From the human T2T-CHM13v2.0 reference genome, Homo sapiens: DNA of 64,000 bases. Of the stretch, positions 1 through 11,300 are shown in pieces; positions within the stretch are counted from its first letter, which is position 1, and each line of letters opens with the position of its first letter. The position numbers and the translations under genes were made by a program. The notes below the pieces were generated by a model. That model was given only the letters and a program-made list of their open reading frames with translations. It did no database searches and was not told the DNA's origin. Where the stretch lies: NCBI RefSeq assembly GCF_009914755.1, contig NC_060948.1; one strand, 5' to 3'.

Positions 1-1925
1 ATGGAATGAAAAAGAATTGAATGGAATAGAACAGAATGGAATCAAATCGAATGAAATGGAATGGAATAGAAAGGAATGGAATGAAATGGAATGGAAAGGA
101 TTCGAATGGAATGCAATCGAATGGAATGGAATCGAACGGAATGGAATAAAATGGAAGAAAACTGGCAAGAAATGGAATCGAAATGAATGGAGTGTTATGG
201 AACGGACTCAAAAGGAATTGAATGTAATAGAATGGAGTGGAGTGGACTCGAATATAATGGACTGGAATGGAATGAAATCACATGGAATGGGAACGAATGG
301 AATGGAATGGAAAGGAATGGAATCGAATGGAAAGGAATCGAATGGAAGGGAATGAAATTGAATCAACAGGAATGGAAGGGAATAGAATAGACGGTAATGG
401 AATGGACTCGAATAGAATGGACACGAATGCTCAAATTGAATGGACTCGAATGGAATGGAAACTAAAGGAATGTCATCGAATGGAATTGAATCGATTGGAA
501 TGAAATCACATAGAATGGAGTGGAATCAAATGGAATTGAATCGAAAGGAAAGGAAGCGAATGGACTGAAATGAAATGGAATGGAATTGAATGCAAAGTAA
601 TGCAATGGAATAGAATGGAACGAAATTTCACGGAACGGAATCAAACTGAATGGAATCAAATCAATGGAATCTAATCAAATGGAATGGAAAGGAATTGAAT
701 GGAGTAGATTGGATTGGATGGGATTGGAATGAAATGTACTGGAAAGGACTCGAATTACATGAAACGGAATGGAATGAATTGGAACGGAAGGGACTCGAAT
801 GGAATGGAATGTCATGGAATGGCATCAAATGGAATGGCATCAAATGGAGTGGAATCGAATGCAATGGAATGTTATGGAATGGAATGGAATGCATTGGAAT
901 GGAATGTCCTCTAATGGAATGGATTCGAGTGGAATGGAATCGAATATAATGGAGTCGAATGAAATGGAATTGAAAAGAATGGGATCGAATACAATGGAAT
1001 ATACTGGAATGAAATGTAATGAACTCGAATGTAATTGACTGGAATGGAATGTACATGAATGGAATGTAATCGAATGGAAAGTAATCCAATGGAATAGAAT
1101 CTAATGCAATAAAATCGACTCAGATACAGTAGAATGTAATGGAATGGAGTGCAGTGCAATGGAATGGAATGGAATGGAATGGAATGGGATGGAATGGGAT
1201 GGAATGGATAGTAATGGACTGGAGTGAAATGGACTGGAAAGGAATGGACTCAAATTGAAAGGGCTCGAAAGGAATGGAGTCAAATGGAATGGTCTGGAAT
1301 GGAATGAACACGAATGTAATGCAATCCAATAGAATGGAATCGAATGGCATGGAATATAAAGAAATGGAATCGAAGAGAATGGAAACAAATGGAATGGAAT
1401 TGAATGGAATGGAATTGAATGGAATGGGAACGAATGGAGTGAAATTGTATGCAGTAGAAGGGAATAGAATGGAATGCAAGCGAAAGGAAAGGAATGGATT
1501 GGAATGGAATGGAATTCATTGGAATGGAAGGGAATGTAGTGTAATGGACAGGCCTGGAATAAAGTGGAATGCTACGGTCTCGAATGGAATAAAAATGTAT
1601 GGAATGGAATGCAATGAAACGGAATCGAATGTCATAGAATGTAATGGAATGCAAAAAAATGGACTCCAAAATCATTGACTGGAAAGGCTGGGTGTCGAAA
1701 GGAATTGACTCCAATGGAATGGAATCGAATGGAATGGAAGTGAATAGAATCGAACTAAATCGAATGGAATGGAATTGATAGGAACGGAATGGAAAGGAAT
1801 GCAATGATTTGGCATGGAATGGAATCGAATGGCATCGAATGGAATGGAATGGAATGCAATGGAATGGAATGTATTAGAATGTAATGAACTTTAATGGAAT
1901 GTACTCGAATGGATTCGACTGGAAT

Positions 1926-1940
1926 GGAATGTTCTGGAAG
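1926..1940. promoter_or_regulatory. Perfect canonical heat-shock element 1 (nGAAnnTTCnnGAAn), candidate HSF1 site; repeated in every unit
   Basis: Sequence gGAAt gTTCt gGAAg. The motif match is direct; binding at this site is inferred from known HSF1 targeting of satellite III. Confidence 0.55.
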
Positions 1941-3246
1941 TGAATGGACTCCAATGGAATGGATTCAAAAGGAATGGAATCGTACGGAATGGAATCTAAT
2001 GGAATGGAATTAAATGGAAATGAATCAAATTGAATAGCACGGAATTGAATTGAATGGAATGGAATGCAATGGAATCTAATGAAACGGAAAGGAAAGGAAT
2101 GGAATGGAATGGAAAGGGCTGGAATGGAAAGGAATCGAAACGAATGGAATGGAATCGAACTGAAGAGACTGGAATGGAATGCACTGGAATGGAAGGGAGT
2201 GTAATGGAAGGTTCTCGATAAAAATGGAATCGAATGGAATGGAATTGAATGGAACGGAATAGAGTCGAATGGAATTGAATGGAATGGAATGGACTAGAGT
2301 GAAATGGAATCGAACCACAAGGAATGGACAGGAATAGAATGGTCTCGAATTGAATGGAATCGTATGGAATGGCATCAAACGGAATGGAATGGACAGCCAC
2401 GGAATGGAATGCACTCGAATGCAATGGAGTCGAAACTAATGGACTGGAATAGAATGGACTCGACTGGTACGGACTCCAATGGAATGGAATCGAATGGAAG
2501 GGAATCGAACGGAATGGACTCGAAGGGAAAAGACTGCAATGGAAAGGTCTCGAATGGAATGGAAATTAATGGAATGGAATGGAATCGAATGAAATGGAGT
2601 CAAAAGGAATGGAATCGAATGGCAAGAAATCGAATGTAATGGAATCGCAAGGAATTGATGTGAACGGAACGGAATGGAATGGAATCCAAAGGAATGGAAT
2701 AGAATGGAATGGAATCGAATGGAAAGGACTCGAATGGAAATCACTCGAATAGAATGCAATTTAATAAAATAGGATCAAATGTAATGGAATGGAATGGAAA
2801 GGAATCGAAACGAAAGGAATGGAGACAGATGGAATGGAATGGAACAGAGAGCAATGGTATAGAATGGAATGGAATCATCTGGAATGGAATTGAATGGAAT
2901 GGAATAATATGAAATGGAATGGAATGGAATGGAATGGAATGGAATGGAATGGAATGCCCTTGAATTAAATGGACTGGAATGGAATGGACTCGAACAGAGT
3001 GGAATGGAAAGTGTTGAGATAGAATGCAATGGACTCCTTCGGAATGGTCTAGTATGCAATGCAATCGACTGGCAGGGAATCAAAAGGAATGTAATCGAAT
3101 GGATTGGACTGGAATGCAGTGGACTCGAATAGATTGGAAACGGAATGCAAAGGAATGGAATGGAATAGTATGGAATGGAATGGAAAGGAATGGAGTGGAA
3201 TAGACTAGAGTGGAATGGAATGGACTGGAAAGCAATGGACTGGAAT

Positions 3247-3261
3247 GGAACTTTCTTGAAT
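3247..3261. promoter_or_regulatory. Perfect canonical heat-shock element 3, repeated per unit
   Basis: Sequence gGAAc tTTCt tGAAt. Confidence 0.55.
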
Positions 3262-5778
3262 GGACTGGAATCAAACGGAATGGAATGCAATGCAATCAAA
3301 TGGCATGGAATAAAATAGAATGAAAGAGAATCAAATGGAATTCAATCGAATGGAATCGAATGGATTGGAAAGGAATAGAATGGAATGGAATGGAATTGAC
3401 TCAAATGGAATGGACTAGAATGGAATGGATTCGAATGGAAGGCAAAGGAATGGAATCTATTGGAATGGACTGTAATGGAATGGAATGGAAGGGATTGGAA
3501 TGGACTCGAATGGAATGGACTGCAATAGAAAGGATTCGAATGGAATGAAAAAGAATTGAATGGAATAGAACAGAATGGAATCAAATCGAATGAAATGGAA
3601 TGGAATAGAAAGGAATGGAATGAAATGGAATGGAAAGGATTCGAATGGAATGCAATCGAATGGAATGGAATCGAACGGAATGGAATAAAATGGAAGAAAA
3701 CTGGCAAGAAATGGAATCGAAATGAATGGAGTGTTATGGAACGGACTCAAAAGGAATTGAATGTAATAGAATGGAGTGGAGTGGACTCGAATATAATGGA
3801 CTGGAATGGAATGAAATCACATGGAATGGGAACGAATGGAATGGAATGGAAAGGAATGGAATCGAATGGAAAGGAATCGAATGGAAGGGAATGAAATTGA
3901 ATCAACAGGAATGGAAGGGAATAGAATAGACGGTAATGGAATGGACTCGAATAGAATGGACACGAATGCTCAAATTGAATGGACTCCAATGGAATGGAAA
4001 CGAAAGGAATGTCATCGAATAGAATTGAATCGACTGGAATGAAATCGCAAGAATGGAGTGGAATCAAATGGAATTGAATCGAAAGGAAAGGAAGCGAATG
4101 GACTGAAATGAAATGGAATGGAATTGAATGGAAAGTAATGCAATGGAATAGAATGGAACGAAATTTCACGGAATGGAATCAAACTGAAAGGAATCAAATC
4201 AATGGAATCTAATCAAATGGAATGGAAAGGAATTGAATGGAGTAGATTGGATTGGATGGGATTGGAGTGAAATGTACTGGAAAGGACTCGAATTTCATGA
4301 AACGGAATGGAATGAATTGGAACGGAATGGACTCGAATGGAATGGAATGTCATGGAATGGCATCAAATGGAATGGCATCAAATGGAATGGAATCGAATGC
4401 AATGGAATGCTATGGAATGGAATGGAATGCATTGGAATGGAATGTCCTCTAATGGAATGGATTCGAGTGGAATGGAATCGAATATAATGGAGTCGAATGA
4501 AATGGAATTGAAAGGAATGGGATCGAATACAATGGAATATGCTGGAATGTAATGTAATGAACACGAATGTAATTGACTGGAATGGAATGTACATGAATGG
4601 AATGTAATCGAATGGAAAGTAATCCAATGGAATAGAATCTAATGCAATAAAATCGACTCAGATAGAGTAGAATGTAATGGAATGGAGTGCAGTACAATGG
4701 AATGGAATGGAATGCAATGGAATGGAATGGAATGGAATGGAATGGAATGGGATGGAATGGGATGGAATGGTATGGAGTGGATAGTAATGGACTGGAGTGA
4801 AATGGACTGGAAAGGAATGGACTCAAATTGAAAGGGCTCGAAAGGAATGGAGTCAAATGGAATGGTCTGGAATGGAATGAACACGAATGTAATGCAATCC
4901 AATAGAATGGAATCGAATGGCATGGAATATAAAGAAATGGAATCAAAGAGAATGGAAACAAATGGAATGGAATTGAATGGAATGGAATTGAATGGAATGG
5001 GAACGAATGGAGTGAAATTGTATGCAGTAGAAGGGAATAGAATGGAATGCAAGCGAAAGGAAAGGAATGGATTGGAATGGAATGGAATTCATTGGAATGG
5101 AAGGGAATGTAGTGTAATGGACAGACCTGGAATAAAGTGGAATGCTACGGTCTCGAATGGAATAAAAATGTATGGAATGGAATGCAATGAAACGGAATCG
5201 AATGTCATAGAATGTAATGGAATGCAAAAAATTGGAATCCAAAATCATTGACTGGAAAGGCTGGGTGTCGAAAGGAATTGACTCCAATGATATGGAATCG
5301 AATGGAATGGAAGTGAATAGAATCGAACTAAATCGAATGGAATGGAATTGATAGGAACGGAATGGAAAGGAATGCAATGAATTGGCATGGAATGGAATCG
5401 AATGGCATCGAATGGAATGGAATGGAATGCAATGGAATGGAATGTATTAGAATGTAATGAACTTTAATGGAATGTACTCGAATGGATTCGACTGGAATGG
5501 AATGTTCTGGAAGTGAATGGACTCCAATGGAATGGATTCAAAAGGAATGGAATCGTACGGAATGGAATCTAATGGAATGGAATTAAATCGAAATGAATCA
5601 AATTGAATAGAACGGAATTGAATTGAATGGAATGGAATGCAATGGAATCTAATGAAACGGAAAGGAAAGGAATGGAATGGAATGGAATGGGCTGGAATGG
5701 AAAGGAATCGAAACGAATGGAATGGAATCGAACTGAAGAGACTGGAATGGAATGCACTGGAATGGAAGGGAGTGTAAT

Positions 5779-5793
5779 GGAAGGTTCTCGAAA
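5779..5793. promoter_or_regulatory. Perfect canonical heat-shock element 2, repeated per unit (degenerate in the first unit, 2206-2220)
   Basis: Sequence gGAAg gTTCt cGAAa. In unit 1 the last pentamer is cGATa. Confidence 0.55.
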
Positions 5794-8282
5794 AAAATGG
5801 AATCGAATGGAATGGAATTGAATGGAACGGAATAGAGTCGAATGGAATTGAATGGAATGGAATGGACTAGAGTGAAATGGAATCGAACCACAAGGAATGG
5901 ACAGGAATAGAATGGTCTCGAATTGAATGGAATCGTATGGAATGGCATCAAACGGAATGGAATGGACAGCCACGGAATGGAATGCACTCGAATGCAATGG
6001 AGTCGAAACTAATGGACTGGAATAGAATGGACTCGACTGGTACGGACTCCAATGGAATGGAATCGAATGGAAGGGAATCGAACGGAATGGACTCGAAGGG
6101 AAAAGACTGCAATGGAAAGGTCTCGAATGGAATGGAAATTAATGGAATGGAATGGAATCGAATGAAATGGAGTCAAAAGGAATGGAATCGAATGGCAAGA
6201 AATCGAATGTAATGGAATCGCAAGGAATTGATGTGAACGGAACGGAATGGAATGGAATCCAAAGGAATGGAATAGAATGGAATGGAATCGAATGGAAAGG
6301 ACTCGAATGGAAATCACTCGAATAGAATGCAATTTAATAAAATAGGATCAAATGTAATGGAATGGAATGGAAAGGAATCGAAACGAAAGGAATGGAGACA
6401 GATGGAATGGAATGGAACAGAGAGCAATGGTATAGAATGGAATGGAATCATCTGGAATGGAATTGAATGGAATGGAATAATATGAAATGGAATGGAATGG
6501 AATGGAATGGAATGCCCTTGAATTAAATGGACTGGAATGGAATGGACTCGAACAGAGTGGAATGGAAAGTGTTGAGATAGAATGGAATGGACTCCTTTGG
6601 AATGGTGTAGTATGCAATGCAATCGACTGGCAGGGAATCAAAAGGAATGTAATGGAATGGATTGGACTGGAATGCAATGGACTCGAATAGATTGGAAACG
6701 GAATGCAAAGGAATGGAATGGAATAGTATGGAATGGAATGGAAAGGAATGGAGTGGAATAGACTAGAGTGGAATGGAATGGACTGGAAAGCAATGGACTG
6801 GAATGGAACTTTCTTGAATGGACTGGAATCAAACGGAATGGAATGCAATGCAATCAAATGGCATGGAATAAAATAGAATGAAAGAGAATCAAATGGAATT
6901 GAATCGAATGGAATCGAATGGATTGGAAAGGAATAGAATGGAATGGAATGGAATTGACTCGAATGGAATGGACTAGAATGGAATGGATTCGAATGGAAGG
7001 CAAAGGAATGGAATCTATTGGAATGGACTGTAATGGAATGGAATGGAAAGGATTGGAATGGACTCGAATGGAATGGACTGCAATAGAAAGGATTCGAATG
7101 GAATGAAAAAGAATTGAATGGAATAGAACAGAATGGAATCAAATCGAATGAAATGGAATGGAATAGAAAGGAATGGAATGAAATGGAATGGAAAGGATTC
7201 GAATGGAATGCAATCGAATGGAATGGAATCGAACGGAATGGAATAAAATGGAAGAAAACTGGCAAGAAATGGAATCGAAATGAATGGAGTGTTATGGAAC
7301 GGACTCAAAAGGAATTGAATGTAATAGAATGGAGTGGAGTGGACTCGAATATAATGGAATGGAATGGAATGAAATCACAAGGAATGGGAACGAATGGAAT
7401 GGAATGGAAAGGAATGGAATCGAATGGAAAGGAATCGAATGGAAGGGAATGAAATTGAATCAACAGGAATGGAAGGGAATAGAATAGACGGTAATGGAAT
7501 GGACTCGAATAGAATGGACACGAATGCTCAAATTGAATGGACTCGAATGGAATGGAAACGAAAGGAATGTCATCGAATGGAATTGAATGGATTGGAATGA
7601 AATCGCATAGAATGGAGTGGAATCAAATGGAATTGAATCGAAAGGAAAGGAAGCGAATGGACTGAAATGAAATGGAATGGAATTGAATGGAAAGTAATGC
7701 AATGGAATAGAATGGAACGAAATTTCACGGAATGGAATCAAACTGAATGGAATCAAATCAATGGAATCAAATCAAATGGAATGGAAAGGAATTGAATGGA
7801 GTAGATTGGATTGGATGGGATTGGAATGAAATGTACTGGAAAGGACTCGAATTTCATGAAACGGAATGGAATGAATTGGAACGGAATGGACTCGAATGGA
7901 ATGGAATGTCATGGAATGGCATCAAATGGAATGGCATCAAATGGAATGGAATCGAATGCAATGGAATGCTATGGAATGGAATGGAATGCATTGGAATGGA
8001 ATGTCCTCTAATGGAATGGATTCGAGTGGAATGGAATCGAATATAATGGAGTCGAATGAAATGGAATTGAAAGGAGTGGGATCGAATACAATGGAATATA
8101 CTGGAATGTAATGTAATGAACTCGAATGTAATTGACTGGAATGGAATGTACATGAATGGAATGTAATCGAATGGAAAGTAATCCAATGGAATAGAATCTA
8201 ATGCAATAAAACCGACTCAGATAGAGTAGAATGTAATGGAATGGAGTGCAGTGCAATGGAATGGAATGGAATGGAAGGCAAT

Positions 8283-8337
8283 GGAATGGAATGGAATGGA
8301 ATGGAATGGAATGGAATGGAATGGAATGGAATGGAAT
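8283..8337 (+). repeat. Pure (GGAAT)11 tract; longest example seen of variable tract 1 (present in each full unit)
   Basis: Counted between GGAAGGCAAT and GGGAT. The homologous tract has 10 copies at 47497-47546, and the block is much shorter at 1161-1185. Confidence 0.85.
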
Positions 8338-11300
8338 GGGATGGAATGGGATGGAATGGATAGTAATGGACTGGAGTGAAATGGACTGGAAAGGAATGGA
8401 CTCAAATTGAAAGGGCTCGAAAGGAATGGAGTCAAATGGAATGGTCTGGAATGGAATGAACACGAATGTAATGCAATCCAATAGAATGGAATCGAATGGC
8501 ATGGAATATAAAGAAATGGTATCGAAGAGAATGGAAACAAATGGAATGGAATTGAATGGAATGGAATTGAATGGAATGGGAACGAATGGAGTGAAATTGT
8601 ATGCAGTAGAAGGGAATAGAATGGAATGCAAGCGAAAGGAAAGGAATGGATTGGAATGGAATGGAATTCATTGGAATGGAAGGGAATGTAGTGTAATGGA
8701 CAGGCCTGGAATAAAGTGGAATGCTACGGTCTCGAATGGAATAAAAATGTATGGAATCGAATGCAATGAAACGGAATCGAATGTCATAGAATGTAATGGA
8801 ATGCAAAAAAATGGAATCCAAAATCATTGACTGGAAAGGCTGGGTGTCGAAAGGAATTGACTCCAATGGAATGGAATCGAATGGAATGGAAGTGAATAGA
8901 ATCGAACTAAATCGAATGGAATGGAATTGATAGGAACGGAATGGAAAGGAATGCAATGATTTGGCATGGAATGGAATCGAATGGCATCGAATGGAATGGA
9001 ATGGAATGCAATGGAATGGAATGTATTAGAATGTAATGAACTTTAATGGAATGTACTCGAATGGATTCGACTGGAATGGAATGTTCTGGAAGTGAATGGA
9101 CTCCAATGGAATGGATTCAAAAGGAATGGAATCGTACGGAATGGAATCTAATGGAATGGAATTAAATGGAAATGAATCAAATTGAATAGCACGGAATTGA
9201 ATTGAATGGAATGGAATGCAATGGAATCTAATGAAACGGAAAGGAAAGGAATGGAATGGAATGGAAAGGGCTGGAATGGAAAGGAATCGAAACGAATGGA
9301 ATGGAATCGAACTGAAGAGACTGGAATGGAATGCACTGGAATGGAAGGGAGTGTAATGGAAGGTTCTCGAAAAAAATGGAATCGAATGGAATGGAATTGA
9401 ATGGAACGGAATAGAGTCGAATGGAATTGAATGGAATGGAATGGACTAGAGTGAAATGGAATCGAACCACAAGGAATGGACAGGAATAGAATGGTCTCGA
9501 ATTGAATGGAATCGTATGGAATGGCATCAAACGGAATGGAATGGACAGCCACGGAATGGAATGCACTCGAATGCAATGGAGTCGAAACTAATGGACTGGA
9601 ATAGAATGGACTCGACTGGTACGGACTCCAATGGAATGGAATCGAATGGAAGGGAATCGAACGGAATGGACTCGAAGGGAAAAGACTGCAATGGAAAGGT
9701 CTCGAATGGAATGGAAATTAATGGAATGGAATGGAATCGAATGAAATGGAGTCAAAAGGAATGGAATCGAATGGCAAGAAATCGAATGTAATGGAATCGC
9801 AAGGAATTGATGTGAACGGAACGGAATGGAATGGAATCCAAAGGAATGGAATAGAATGGAATGGAATCGAATGGAAAGGACTCGAATGGAAATCACTCGA
9901 ATAGAATGCAATTTAATAAAATAGGATCAAATGTAATGGAATGGAATGGAAAGGAATCGAAACGAAAGGAATGGAGACAGATGGAATGGAATGGAACAGA
10001 GAGCAATGGTATAGAATGGAATGGAATCATCTGGAATGGAATTGAATGGAATGGAATAATATGAAATGGAATGGAATGGAATGGAATGGAATGGAATGGA
10101 ATGCCCTTGAATTAAATGGACTGGAATGGAATGGACTCGAACAGAGTGGAATGGAAAGTGTTGAGATAGAATGCAATGGACTCCTTCGGAATGGTCTAGT
10201 ATGCAATGCAATCGACTGGCAGGGAATCAAAAGGAATGTAATCGAATGGATTGGACTGGAATGCAGTGGACTCGAATAGATTGGAAACGGAATGCAAAGG
10301 AATGGAATGGAATAGTATGGAATGGAATGGAAAGGAATGGAGTGGAATAGACTAGAGTGGAATGGAATGGACTGGAAAGCAATGGACTGGAATGGAACTT
10401 TCTTGAATGGACTGGAATCAAACGGAATGGAATGCAATGCAATCAAATGGCATGGAATAAAATAGAATGAAAGAGAATCAAATGGAATTGAATCGAATGG
10501 AATCGAATGGATTGGAAAGGAATAGAATGGAATGGAATGGAATTGACTCAAATGGAATGGACTAGAATGGAATGGATTCGAATGGAAGGCAAAGGAATGG
10601 AATCTATTGGAATGGACTGTAATGGAATGGAATGGAAGGGATTGGAATGGACTCGAATGGAATGGACTGCAATAGAAAGGATTCGAATGGAATGAAAAAG
10701 AATTGAATGGAATAGAACAGAATGGAATCAAATCGAATGAAATGGAATGGAATAGAAAGGAATGGAATGAAATGGAATGGAAAGGATTCGAATGGAATGC
10801 AATCGAATGGAATGGAATCGAACGGAATGGAATAAAATGGAAGAAAACTGGCAAGAAATGGAATGGAAATGAATGGAGTGTTATGGAACGGACTCAAAAG
10901 GAATTGAATGTAATAGAATGGAGTGGAGTGGACTCGAATATAATGGACTGGAATGGAATGAAATCACATGGAATGGGAACGAATGGAATGGAATGGAAAG
11001 GAATGGAATCGAATGGAAAGGAATCGAATGGAAGGGAATGAAATTGAATCAACAGGAATGGAAGGGAATAGAATAGACGGTAATGGAATGGACTCGAATA
11101 GAATGGACACGAATGCTCAAATTGAATGGACTCCAATGGAATGGAAACGAAAGGAATGTCATCGAATAGAATTGAATCGATTGGAATGAAATCGCAAGAA
11201 TGGAGTGGAATCAAATGGAATTGAATCGAAAGGAAAGGAAGCGAATGGACTGAAATGAAATGGAATGGAATTGAATGGAAAGTAATGCAATGGAATAGAA

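Noticed and set aside
621-635. CGAAATTTCACGGAA and CGAATTTCATGAAAC as further heat-shock elements
   Set aside because: The first has only two matching pentamers and the second has TTC out of register, so neither is a perfect three-unit HSE.
145-3315. Several AATAAA hexamers per unit as polyadenylation signals
   Set aside because: They arise easily from GGAAT-AAAnn pentamer variants in an A-rich strand. There is no clear GU/U-rich downstream element and no transcript evidence is available.
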